A DNA stretch of 63,490 nucleotides, the filler included, from Reticulomyxa filosa (Eukaryota; Protista; Foraminifera): the NCBI GenBank assembly GCA_000512085.1. It is 14 parts of 14 records of this genome, joined end to end, with 100 filler letters (N's around TTAATTAATTAA, not from the genome) between each part and the next. Parts side by side here need not be neighbours in the genome. Positions count along the whole stretch, not along the records: positions 16,173 to 32,762 come from ASPP01022719.1; positions 32,863 to 40,428 come from ASPP01002605.1; 12 more parts are not named here. The stretch is one strand, 5' to 3'. This document shows positions 24,203-37,300 of the stretch, one piece after another; within the stretch, counting starts at the first letter, position 1, and each line of letters begins with the position of its first letter. The notes beneath the pieces were generated by a model. The model saw only the letters and a list, made by a program, of their open reading frames with translations. It had not been told where the DNA came from and did no database searches. A program made the translations under genes and the position numbers.

Positions 24203-25434
24203 CAACTTCATTTTCGAATTCATTCTCCTTCTCATTCTCTTCGTTATCATCATTTTTGTACTGCTTCTGTTCATTTTCAGTTTCATCTTGCTCAAGAGGG
24301 CCCAACGCCCTGACTTCAATTGATCCATTGCCAGTTGGTGCGTTCATCTGTTTAATGTCGTCATTGTCATTCGTACGGATATCGACAATCGTTAATGATT
24401 TTTCATCTGAAGGACATGCATAACAAATATAATGCAATCTTGTCTTCAATCATGTTGCATCTTCAAAAATAGGTAATAAAAAGTGTAAAATGTATGTTGC
24501 GTGTAGAACAGAGCTCTGTACCAAATGCATTGGTTTGCAAATGCAATCGCTGTTGCAACTCAGAAATTTGAGCATCCACTTTTTTGCGTTTTTCGGGATA
24601 CGAGTATTGATGACATTGCGTAGCGTTATTCCAAATAATTTGATGCAAATACAAAATATGTTTAATTTTTTGAACAGTTTGAAAGTAATTGCAATTTGCT
24701 GTTTTTTGAATTAATGTTTGCGACAGTTTGATTCGAAACGGCGTTGGTTGGTTATTTGTGTCTGTACGAATGGAGGAAGATTTAAGTTTGTATTTGTCGA
24801 TAATTTTCGAAATCCATCCATCTAACACTAAATATCGATCAGCAAGGAAATTACAATATTTTTCCACAGATTGAATTCTCTTTTTCACATATTGCGATTC
24901 CTCTTCCAATAAATTTGTTATTTGCGTAGTTGCTATGTCACCATTCTTTCTTACACTTTCGTCCTTCATTGTCTCTGGTAACATCCATTGCAGTATTACT
25001 CTCATCGCATTCTCCAAATACAATACTATTTCATGCATATTCCCAATGTCATTCTTGCCAATGCACAACCGATCCAAATCAAATACTTTCCTATCGTTGT
25101 TACAATATACATTGATGCATCCATTTTGTTCGTATGTTGTCTTTATATATTTCAACACTTGTGTCTCTTCTCGTGTTAGCTCGTCTTCATCCAAATTACT
25201 AATGCGCTTTAGTTTGCTCACAATTTTATTCATCCCCATTTTCCATACTATTATTATCTTTTCTTGGAATGTACTGCATTGCGCGTAGGCTACATACACG
25301 TTGCTGCTCCTCTCCCAGTAGTTCTCATACCATAATGAAACAAATTGACGAGCCATAAGGGATAGGAAAGTTGATTCATGAAGATATTCTGAGTCTGGAA
25401 ACAATTCCAGCGGGAGATTGTTATTCAGCGCCAT
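21526..25434 (-). CDS. Large TPR-like alpha-helical repeat protein with Asp/Asn low-complexity insert, multi-exon
   Basis: Five colinear minus-strand ORFs. TPR-like segments: KIGECFRNINQFEKSLEYFYKA, WARYCQEKGDYEEGLKHSIRA, DYAVAIDYLKKALQV..LWLSELYWK..ALQHFQEC. Confidence 0.7.
23925..24200. repeat. (GAY-AAT)n hexamer microsatellite encoding (DN)n
   Basis: tcattatcattg tandem array; it generates the spurious poly-I, SL, HY and MI ORFs in other frames. Confidence 0.95.
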
Positions 25435-25758
25435 TTCATCTAAAGAATTATTTTATTTTACCCCTGTCTTTCTCGGAACGTTTTAGAAGTCGTTTTGTAA
25501 ACTTTTTTGATGACAAGATCAACATTTGTTTTTAAACAATTAGGTTACTAACTAATTTGGAAAGAATTTAAAGAAGTCAAAACAGCACTAAACGTTATGA
25601 AAGACATATAAAGTTGTTATTTGTCTCAAGAAAAAGCTGGTCAAAAAAGTAAACAATTTATTAACAACACAAAAGATTTTAACAGTTGCAAAATGCACAA
25701 ACACCTAAAGTCGTAACAAAAAGTGCGGACGGTTGCAGTTGTAAAAATAGCTATTTCT

Positions 25759-28700
25759 ATGATGCATAGAATTGACCCTTACAACACCGAAGTGACAGAA
25801 GGTGATGTTGTCCTTTTATCGTCAGAAGCCATTGGTGTGATTAGGGTAAGTCTATCAAGTTGAATTGTACTGTTTTGAAAGTCCAAAGTAAACCAAGGAA
25901 CACAATAATACCATCCTAGGCCGTGTTGGAGACCGCGCAAGTGGTGGGGATTGAACTAACTGACCCATTGGGAAATTGTGACGGAAGTTTACCACATGCC
26001 ATATTTTTCTCTTGTGATCATCAAAAAAAAAATTAATAATAACAAAAAAAAAAAAAACAAAAATGAAAATATGAAAAGGTTATCTCGGTGCTGCTTATTT
26101 CCATTGTAAACCAAAATTTGGAATATATGTAAGATATAATGAGATAGTTCGTTTAATAACTCCTGAAGAATTGTTAAAAAAAATAATAATGTTGAATCGG
26201 CAGATTGCACAATTACAAACAAATCAACAGCCCGAGAAGACTGGAAAACAAAATCCAAACAATCCCAAAATTGATGATCAGCAAAAAAAAACCTTGGAAA
26301 AAGAAATTGAGAATTTACAAGCACAAGTCAGAAAAGTTGCGCGAATGTAAAACAATATTTTTTAACTTTTGAAGATGGAGAACGATGCAAATGGGAAAGA
26401 GGAAAGGGGAGAGGAAGTATACATATATATTTTTAACGCCAAAAAAAAACTCTTGAAATAGTGGCGTGCACGTGCAACAGCAAGTCAAGCAGCACTAAAA
26501 GATGTTCGATCACAAGTGGACAAACTTGTGAAACAACAATCTGATGTAAGTCCTCCAATGGCAGCTGCGCAACAGTATCTCAACGGTCGTCAAGCAGACA
26601 GTGCGAAACTTGTCCAAACACAGCCCTTGTCATTGATACATCGGGATTCAATTCACAGCACACAAAGTCTAGGCGAGATTCCAGCATTGCCAATGAGCAC
26701 CAGAGAAGCAAGCAAGTTTTTTTTTTTCATTTACCCCCCTTTTTTGATACTTTTGCTGTCCTCTGCGAATGAATACTTTTCGCAAGAGGAAGGGGGGGGG
26801 GGAGGAAACAAAAAAAAAAACACACAACCTTTTTGACGATCGACAATTGCGTATGTACAAACAAATCATCATTTAATGTATGTACGCACATTGCGAGAAA
26901 AGGAAGCACACGAAACAATGGGGGGGAATTCAAACACAAAACATAGACAAAAACCCAGAAATGCGATATTTTCATATGACCAACCCCAACACGACATCGG
27001 CTGAGGGTGATACGATTCAACCTATCAAAAGTAAGTTTGTGTTATATTCATACGAATAAAAGAACAGCACACAAACACAAAGCATTGTATTTGTGTCCAA
27101 CAGAGGAACAGAATAGATTTCCCGAAACTGTTCGAATGAGTTGAGAAAGAAAAACACTAACAAAGGGAGTGGGAGTTTTGGAATGTACTCTTGTCGATTG
27201 TACTTTTCATCGGAACGGAAAAAAAAATGTGTGAGTTGTCACAATGTGTACATGCATATGTAATGTGATATGACAATGTGAAAGGTGATGACATGTTAAT
27301 AACCGGTTCCCCGGAAGATACACATGGGGCATCCAAAGAGCTTCCACAAGTAAATCGAAATGTAATTGGTAAATTACATAATTTTTTGTTCCCTTTGTTG
27401 GTTTATCTTTTAATGATTTGGGTCAAATATGAGAAGGGAGGAACTGTTATTTTAATTTATTTTTTTAAAAAAGCAAGAATATTGCATACAAAGAGTGATA
27501 TTGTTGATGTGGGGAATGTGGGAAATGCGGGTTCCGCAAAGACGGAAAAAAACAACTGGTCGCAGTTCCATCCCAATTGGAAATGGAATTAGACTTAGAT
27601 GAAGACGAAGAATCCTATGACGAACTACTTGCCGATATTGAACCATTACCACCACCACCAGCACATTTGCCAGAGATCAAGGAAACCATGATCTCTCCCA
27701 CTAGGCAAATTTACATTTAAAAAAATATAACATTGTTTGTGTTGTCAATTGTTTGTTATTTGTGTAATGTTTAGCGAGAGCAGCATTGGACAGGATGCAA
27801 GACGGATCATTGAAGATGTAGCACGAGAGGAAGGCGTAAGCATGGAGTATGAAGCCAAGCCCAACGCAAGACCTGGAGAAGGCCGTAAAAGTAGGCCGCC
27901 CTCTCGTCGATGTTCTTTTTTGAAGAACTATCAACATCCTTATTTGGACAAGGCTGTCACTGGTGAGACAATTGAAGAACGGGGCCGATTAATATCTCGC
28001 GCATTGTATGACGCCATTCAAAAGCACAGTGTCAGCAAAGTCAAAGACAAAACCAAAAAAACTCATCCAAAACAAAACAAAACAATAAGTAATGAAAGAG
28101 CGTTTGATGTTTTTACCAAAGACGATCCTTCTTATCGACATACCAGAACCAAAAGTTTAATTGTTTCTCTTTCTGTCATGTAACGTATATCACTTTTGAA
28201 CCTTTTTTACAATATACAATATAAAACGCAGCTCAACCCCTAATTCAATATGAAGAATACAAGCCCACAGCAGTGACAAGTGGAAGAAAGCCAGGAGGGA
28301 AGGCTGTGAACAATTACAACTCCACATCCGAATATCTATCGAACATTGCTGTTGGACAGATACCTGCAAATGCAAACACATCTGCATTGCCGTCGAGACA
28401 AAATCAACGTCTACTTCAATCACGAAACAAGTCAACAAAGAGTCGACAGCATAAAACAAGTGAAAGTACCTCTTTCGAATGGCCAGTGCGGACAGAAATG
28501 TCCAACACACAAGCTCGACATCACCGACAATCGAGTAATCAAATTCCCGCTCGCTCTTTGCAAACTCAAGCACAAACACCATCTGGCCATGTCGAGGGCA
28601 AACACCAACCCCATTCATTTGTTGCCAACCCTTTACTCGGCAACAATAACAATAAGAATAACAATAACAACGATGAGGACGAAGACGAGGACGAGGATGA

Positions 28701-30257
28701 TCACGAGAATATCCCATTTCCAACATTCCAAAAGAAATCCTCAATGTCTCAACCTGCTTCTCCCAAAAACGTTCACGAAACTCGCAGCTATTTTGAAAAA
28801 TCAATGAAAAAAAAAGAACTCGATCAGCAAAATGTATGCTTTGTTTTCAACACTTTGCTTTGTTTACTTGTTATTGTGAATGTATGTGTACTCCTCACAC
28901 ATTCACACTCATAGAAACGACACAGCGCGAATTCAGAGCTAAACAGAATTAATGGCAAATCAACGCAAGCAATAAAGGCTTTGGAGACAAGAGATCAACA
29001 AACTGATGAGCGTGATGTCGATTCGGATCTGAAACAAGACGAAGGTCTGGATCCCAATTTGGAAATGGAGACATCCAAAATTGGATTTGCATCTTCGACT
29101 CAATTACTTCGTTTTGTCCCGAGAGATGAACTTTTGGAACAACAAGATATATCTTCCGAGAGACCAGACTTGGCCCAATTTTCACAATCCTTCAAGGTTG
29201 TCCCGTCTTCGTCGTCTCCAAGTAAGTATTTTCAGAGACACAATGTTTCGCCCATCAAATTTCGCAGCAGACATCGCGCATCGATGTGGAAAGAGGGACA
29301 GTTGGATCGACCGCAAAGTAGCGATGCAGCGACAGAGGAAAATCCAGTACCAACTACGAGCATGACTTCTCCTATGATAGACTCCACCAATAAAACCATT
29401 TTGCAAAGCACTCCCGTTGGACAATCCAAACGATCAAACACTGCAAACATGGGTCATGGCATTGGAATATCCGCAAGGGCCAGAACACCTTCGCAAGAAA
29501 CCAAAGTCAAAAAAATCGAAGACGGCTTGGCTGCAAAAGCGCAACACAATTCCTTCCAATCACAAGCTGGGCCCAATTCGGCCAAACATCACAATTTCAA
29601 TAATGGCAAGGCTGCGAATGATGACTTTGAGAAAAATTCACCTGTTGACAATGAAGAGACTAGCTCCATATCTCCAAAAAGTTTTTTATCAACATAACCA
29701 CTTTTTTTAATTTTTTCTCCCCTCTCTTATTCGTAAATGTCTTGGTGATCACAATATATATGAAAGGTGAGGAAATGAAACCTCGAATTCATCAAGCGTT
29801 GGTCCGCCAGGCAAAACATAAAAAATACATGGACTCACAACGTCTGTACAATCGCCCACGTGTATCCATATCAGTCCCTGTGTCGCCACATCACTCGGAT
29901 GACGAACCAAACGAAAACGAAAACACTACTCCACGCAAAAAATATGCGAAATTAGTTCCAAATATGAGCGCGGGTCGTGCGCCGTTGGAAGAAGTGGATG
30001 AAGAGGCTTCGGAATTTACAAAAGACGATCGCAATGTTTCGCAAAAAAAAAACAATAACATGGCTGATATTCATAATAGCGAAGACGATGACAATGAGAC
30101 AAATATGGTCTATGTCGACAATCAAATGACAATAGAAGATTTCAAAGCTGAAATACAAGAAGTAAGATCTGCGTCGTTTGCGAACACAAATAACACCAAG
30201 CAAACCGTAGCTCAAAGAGTGGCTCAAAGACGACGTAGGTTTAATTTAAAAACATAA
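25759..30257 (+). CDS. CAP-Gly domain protein with coiled-coil and long Ser/Gln-rich disordered tail, multi-exon (3' extent uncertain)
   Basis: Spliced N-terminus: MMHRIDPYNTEVTEGDVVLLSSEAIGVIR|AVLETAQVVGIELTDPLGNCDG|SYLGAAYFHCKPKFGIY, a CAP-Gly consensus (GVELDEPxGKNDG...YFxC...GxF). Downstream plus-strand exon ORFs continue to 30257. Confidence 0.75.
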
Positions 30258-30706
30258 CGACTAACAGTCACTGTGAATCTGATGTTTGTAGGGTAAAATC
30301 GAGCATCATTTATGGGGGTTTTTTTGAGTTTGGAAGTATGAAATAATTGTTTTTTTTTGTTGTTATTTGTTTTTTTTTTTAGTTGCTGCAAAAAAGGTCA
30401 AAGAAATAATGATTCTTTGGCTAACTTTGACAACTGTCCCTTTGTTTTGTTGTTGTGAGAAAAAATTGAACAACAAAGCACTTGGTTTGATGTGGACCTG
30501 CATTTTTATGAAATTCCTTTCAATATATACTTTTTTTAAATATTTTCAATTCATTTCAAGATATTTTCAAGCGCGACATTTAAATCTTGAAAATTTTTAA
30601 TTTTATGCCTTTGAATTACAAAAGTATCCGTTTATGGAACGTTAGTTGTATTTATATAAAAAATATACAGCATTCTCCTTTATAACAATTTCAGACTTAT
30701 GAAAAA

Positions 30707-31824
30707 TCACTCCTCGTCCTCCTTGGAATTCTTCTTAATGTAAAATAAAATGGGCTTATTTTCAGGTTTATACACAACCGTGACAGAAGATGCATTTATA
30801 AAAATAGTAGATGGGTCATCCTTTCTTGTAGTAACTCCATAGCCTTCATGGATATGACCAAAGATGTGAAATTTAGGTTTTATTTTCTTGACACGCACGA
30901 GCAAGTCCTTACATCCAACATGTTTGTCTTCCCCAAAATCAGCGTGTACTCTTTTGACAGTATCGCCATGGCCAAATGGAGGTCCATGTGTAATCAGTAT
31001 GTCAGTGTCTTCAGGGATCTTTGCCCATTTTTTCGCCAATTCCTTTCCCCGTTTCACATTAAATGCCCAACTACAAAACTCTGGCTGCCAAGGGCTTCCA
31101 TAAATATTGACGCCTTTTTGTTTTTTTAAAGTTTACTGCTGTTTGAATATATCTAATTTTTTGGTTTCCACCAAAACATTTTTTTAAAATATGATAACCC
31201 ATTGTTTTGTCAGATTCATCCATCAAATATGTGCTATTGGTGATCGCTTTTCGGCATTCTTTCGTGTCTTCTTTTTTGCTTAAGTGAAACCTCGCCTGAC
31301 CAAAGGTTTCATAGTACTGTTTATCTAAGGTAATGTCATGGTTTCCTATTTTTGTATTTATTATTGACTGATTTTCGAGTTGTGTGTCCTTTAACAAGTA
31401 GAATTTCGTGCTTGTTTTTGTTTTGTTTTACCAGCAATTAAAATTGCTTTTTTGCAAATTTGCTCTTTTATTAATTCGCCAATCCATTCATCATATTTGA
31501 CAATATTGCTATATTTATTTTGTATTCATAGAGCAATATTACCATTAAGTATTTTCATTGCTTTTTTTTTATTAACTCTAAAGATCCCACGTTTGTAAAA
31601 TCTCCAGCATGAATCAACAAATCTACTTTGGGTAAATCAAATTTAATGTGTCTGTGTTGTGAGTGAGTATCACTAATGCACAAAACACTTAAAACGTCTT
31701 TGCTGGTAATGTCCAGATCTGTAGGAATTTTTACGTATCCTTCGTGTTCCTCCAGTTGTACTGGAATAATGTGTTCTTTTTCTTCTTTTTCTTCTCTATT
31801 TTCGGTTGTAGAACTATTTCCCAT
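30707..31824 (-). CDS. Calcineurin-like metallophosphoesterase, MPPED1/2 (239FB) family; probable N-myristoylation (MGNSST)
   Basis: Motifs CISDTH, HAGDFT, GNHD, THGPP, FGHIHEGYG, INASS. Confidence 0.9.
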
Positions 31825-32703
31825 TTTTATGAAGAGCTAATGAATATTTTTTGTTTATTCTCAGGCTACGCTCCGCTGGTACGTCAAAAAAAAAAGTGGT
31901 TAATCTGTTTTCAATCACAAAAATCGAAAACATTCCAATTGAACTTCAATTGAAACTGTGTTTGCTCGTTTCTCTTTAGCTCTTTAGTTTCGCGTCTAGA
32001 AACATAGCTATTTGTTTTTGTTTTGTGAAAGTAGTCTTTGCATATGTCGCTTTTTTTGAAAAAAAGACAACTTTGGAATGTTGCACAATAAAGAAAGTAG
32101 ATGTGAAGTTATTTTCGTTTGTTTAAATCTTTTTGACTTTGTTACTTCTGACTTGGACTTTGGCCGAAGAACAACAAGTAAAAAAGTTGTCATTGTTCAA
32201 TGAACAATATTTAAAAAAAATAATCCTTTTAGTTTGATTATAGATTGCTCACCTTTCGATATGTCGACCAAACGTTTTGTGTCGTAATTCTTGTTAATTC
32301 TGAAAACATTATTTTTTTTTTTTATGGGATATTACTATTTTATATTTTTATTTTAAATATGTATTTGTCTTATTGAGTGGGGACAACGTGTGACAAGTCT
32401 TAATAATGAAGTGACTGTAGCTTAATGCGTAAAATCCGCTGAATTTGTAGTGACTTGACCGCATTAGTGAAAGCTATCTTTGAATTTTCTTGTGATAGTG
32501 TAACTTCAAAAGGGTTGCTAATATGTAAATCGTGTGTGTTTTTTCTTTGTCTTTTTTTGCATTTAAAAAAAAAATAAAAGACTTATATTTCAAAAAAAAA
32601 AAAAGATCTCTGTTAGATTTTGTTGAGACTAAGCATTCATTATTACACTTTCTATTCTATGTTTAATTTTTTGTTTGATTGGTTGTTCTTAAAAATAGTA
32701 CTA

Positions 32704-32903
32704 CAGTAGGTTGAAAAGAAAACTGAACGCCTAAAACATATCTTATGATGATAATTGATTTTNNNNNNNNNNNNNNNNNNNNNNNNNNNNNNNNNNNNNN
32801 NNNNNNTTAATTAATTAANNNNNNNNNNNNNNNNNNNNNNNNNNNNNNNNNNNNNNNNNNNNAGATATCGTTTTAGGCTTTCAGTTTTCTTTGCAACCTA
32901 CTG
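32704..32903. mobile_element. Tc1/mariner-like element ends (about 40-bp imperfect terminal inverted repeats with TA flanks); interior lost in linker
   Basis: Left: TA|CAGTAGGTTGAAAAGAAAACTGAACGCCTAAAACATATCT. Right: AGATATCGTTTTAGGCTTTCAGTTTTCTTTGCAACCTACTG|TA. Confidence 0.65.
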
Positions 32904-32939
32904 TATTAGGCTCAAAATTTCGGAGGAAAGCTCAAATGA

Positions 32940-33262
32940 TATATTGTTGCAGAATTTTCACCAGATGGAAAATTTGTTCAATGTAAAATGTATAGAAACT
33001 CGAACATAGAATGTAAAAACATGAATAGAATAAAAAAAACTTCAGTGGCATCACATATTATAAATGAAACTAATATTATGCAGATGATCAAAATATTCTG
33101 TTTTGCTCAACTGATAAAACTATTCGGTTGTGGGATTTGAGATCAAGACATGAAACACAAGATTAGAATGGCATTCTTACGCGTAGTGAGTATCGATGTT
33201 TCATCAGATAACAGTATAATTGTGTCAAGTTCAAAGGACAAAATAATTAGAATCTGCAACTA
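32940..33262 (+). pseudogene. Degenerate WD40-repeat fragments
   Basis: Frameshifted pieces FSPDGK, STDKTIRLWDLRS, IDVSSDNSIIVSSSKDKIIRI. Confidence 0.65.
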
Positions 33263-34308
33263 TTAACATTGCAAAATACAAACAAAATGTTTTAAGAAAA
33301 ATATGATTGGATTATTTGTTTTTTATATCTATCATTATTATTTTGTTTTAAAATTTATATCTATCACAGATTGGTACAACAGTAAAGGAAGTGTTAAAAT
33401 GTTAAATTTTTAAAAATATAATGATACAATTGATAACTGTGGTAGTTGAATTCATATCGTGATTTAGTTTACCAGGAGATTTGACGGTTCAAATAGTTTT
33501 TCTGTCAAAAAAACTCTTAATCAGAATTTGTCATGCACTTATTGGTTTTGTGGCTACAAAATAAAAATAGATCAATTCGTCTTTAAACCAAAAATGAATC
33601 AAAATGCTGGAGTCATTTTATTTTGAAAATCTTACTAACAACGTTCAAACCAAAGAATCTTGTTCATTAGACTCAAAATTACCACTCCACGCATTTTTCA
33701 AATAAAAAAGTGTGAAGTGATAAATAATGCGTTTTTTGTTATTATTTTTTTATATTGTGCAGATAAAATATAAATATTTTGTATTTTGTTAAATCTAACA
33801 CTTGTTTTGCTATATTTTTCAACTAAGATCTAAAAATATCATTAAACACATTTATTCAAACAGAATTGAGCGCGTCGATATAATTGAATGCAAGATTTCA
33901 GAATTTCAATTTGCACGCAAGTAAACGCAAAAAATTTGTCTTAAAGAATAAATAAATGTCTTTGAAATCAAGCACAAATGCAGCGCACATTGATTATCAA
34001 CACAAACAGTAAGAAAAGAAAGAAAACTCAAATTGAAAATCGACTCCGGTTTTGAATAAGTTAGGATTGATCAGTAGTTTGCTTGGAATTGAGACTAAAC
34101 GATAAAAAGATGCACAAATTTTTGCATTTTCATTTTTTTTCATTCAAAATGTGTATGAGCAACAAACTAATCTTACACAAAACGGTTAAAAAGGGCTTTT
34201 TAGAGACGCTATCCTTGTCAAAAAAAATAAAATTTCTACTATAATCTTAAAATCCATAATCGGAGAGGCAAAGTATTTTGTGAAAGAAATCTTATAAAAG
34301 AACCAGAA

Positions 34309-37300
34309 ATGTCTCAAAAAAAAAGTGAAAGCAAGATATTGGAATCAACAATAAAAAAACTGAAAGAACACTACAAGTCTCAGAATAAGCTAGCTCCATT
34401 ATTTGATGACCCCGACCAACTTATAGACACTTGTTACATCCGTTTGACTCTCTTGAAACAAAGATATTTTCTAGAAAAAAGTGAGGAGATATTAAACGAG
34501 GAAGACAACAACGAAGCAGTTGAAGAGGAAAAAGAAGAGAAAGACCCAGAAGAATGGTTAAACACTCTGGACTATTTCATGACCTACGGTAGCGGACAGA
34601 AAACAGTAGAATTGCAAGACCTTTGGGTCGAGGAAAAAGAAAGAGAGAGGAGAAAAGAGGACGAAGAAGTGGCGAGAATGAATCATATTAGCATTTGTGG
34701 AGAAGCAGGAAGTGGAAAGAGTGTATTGACACAAGTAATTGCATATTTGTGGGCAAAGAATGAAATGTGGAGTGATCAATTTCAATGGCTGTTGCACATT
34801 CCATTTGGAAGAATTGCACATGTGTTTGACAGTGATAAGGATAGCGACAGCGATAATATAACAAATCAATGGTTGAAAGTAATGGATGCATTGAACATTT
34901 CAAAGTGGAATTCCAATGATACAAAAATTGTGTATTCAAAGAATGGATTGTTGATTTTGGATGGATTTGATGCAATCGCAAGCGAATTGAATCGAAAGCC
35001 TGGATTGAAGAGATGGCTCCAACATTGCACTGAAAGCAGAAATTGTCATGTCATTGTCACAAGTCGTCCCAATGTAATGTGTTCATATCTGAAAAATGCA
35101 AAACTGATTGACATCATTGGATTCCAGTCACAAGACATTCGAAAGTATATTCATGCATACTTTCAAAATGTCGCAGGAGACAGTGGTGATAACGATCAAA
35201 AGGATTGTGATCAAGCAGATATATTGCTGCGAAAGTTGATCGACAATCCGAGTTTGAAGTTGTTGAGTCATATTCCATTGTATTTACGTTTGTTTTGTCA
35301 TCTCACAAGACAACAGATACTCAAAGCACAAGAAGAAGAAGATAATGATAATGATAATAATGACAATGACAATGACAATGAAATGATAATGATAATGATA
35401 ATGATAATGATGAAGAAAAAAAAGAAGATATTCGAATAAATCAGAGACAGATAGATTCGATAATATATCCATTTCGAAATTGTATGAGAAATTCTTGGTA
35501 TGCTATATGAGATGGAATTGGATCAAATGCAATGGAACAAAAGACAAACCGAATGAAAATACCTTGTTCAAAACGTTTGAAATGGAAATAGATTATTTGT
35601 CACAAATTGCATGGGAAGGATTAAAATGTGGACAAGCTATCATTTCTTGTGAAATACAACAAAAGGTATTAAATATTGTTAAGACCAAGTATCCGCGCAA
35701 ACATATTTCATCAAAGCCGCAATGGTCTCGAATCAATGCATTTGAACTTGTGCAAGGATACGAATGTTTGAATCCAAACCATCCAACCAGCCCAGTATAT
35801 TTCCCGCATTTCACATTTTCAAGCATGGTTTGCCGCTTATTATTTGGTCAATTGTTTGTATCAATCAAATGAATCAGAGAGCCACAAAGAAGTGCGATCT
35901 CTTTTGATCGATCAGCAACTCACTCCAAAGTTTTCCGCAATCATTCCATTTATGGCCGGCATATTGTATGGTAACATTGAAAATAAAAGTGATTCTTCGG
36001 GATCTGGTTTATCATATTTTTGGAGCGTGTTATATTCTTTACCACTGCAGCCCTCTCCCATTCATCAGTTAATGTTATACGTGCGCTGTCTGGATGCCTG
36101 TAAAGCAGATACGAGCAATTCACTTCTGTCATCGCAACTCCAAAGTATTCACAAAGAAATCCTCCATTCTTTCAGAGCGTGGATCGCTCCTTGGATCAAC
36201 TTTAACAAAGATTTTCGTTACAGTTACAGAAGAGGTGAGCGAACAATAACCAGGCCATTGAATGCTGTGATGAAAGCCCATTTGCCCCATTTGCAGTTTG
36301 TGCTTGTCCATCCAGATATCCATCCGTGTTTGTTGGAGCAGCTCAAGAGGATCAAAATCGTATTGCAATCCCAGGACTATCACAATCCACTCCTCGAGCG
36401 CTGGGGAGCACTTATTGACGGACTCCATCTTTTGTCATATCTGTGCATTTCCAACGAAACCACCAGTCTTGTTGTCGAGTGCTTCAAACTGGGCTTTCAG
36501 CGCAAATTCAGTGACGAGGTGCGAAGAGAATCGCATCGGGCGATATTCACGAAACTGAAAGAAGAGCATTTGGATGATATCATTGTGTTTTTGATGGAGG
36601 GAGTGTGTAGAAGCAGTGGAGGCGATGAGTGTGCCGATGCATTTAAGGCAATAATGCCACTCTTGAATCAACGACAATTGGGCTCTATATTTCAGGGCTT
36701 GGAAAATGGATTCAATAACAAAACACTCTCCATTCGCTTAGGCGCAGACTTATTTGCAAAAACAGCCGTGGCATTGGGCGGCAAATTCTTGGACGTTGCA
36801 TTCAAATGCTTGGCCACCATATTGGAAGAAGAAAAGTGGAACATTTCGGATTTTGCCGAAGCCTTTGAAATGCTGTTAATAAAATTGAATGAAAAACAAT
36901 TCAATGAAGAAACTTATCAATTTTTAATTCGTGGATTAAACAATGGAGAAGAAGAGCTTCGTCGATTGTGTGCAAAAGTGCTTGCGACAATATCTGCACA
37001 ATTGAAAGAAACATATTTCGGTCGCGCAGTTCGGAGTTTGATCAAGGGATTAAACTATCGAGATAGATTGGGTATTCGATATTGCAGAGAGTCTTTTGAA
37101 ACGATTTTGGAACAATTGAATGAAGAGCAAGAGAAATACTTTTTCCAATGCTTGATCGATGGATTGAAAAACAAACACAAGTATCTATGTCAACGCAATG
37201 CGCAATTGCTCGGAACACTGGCCGCAAGATGGAGCCAGGTGCAATTGCATCACGCCTTTGAAAGCTTGATGAATCAGTTACATACTGATGTTCATTGGTC

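Noticed and set aside
23736-24423. Poly-Ile, Ser-Leu, His-Tyr and Met-Ile ORFs
   Set aside because: Alternative-frame readings of the (DN)n microsatellite.
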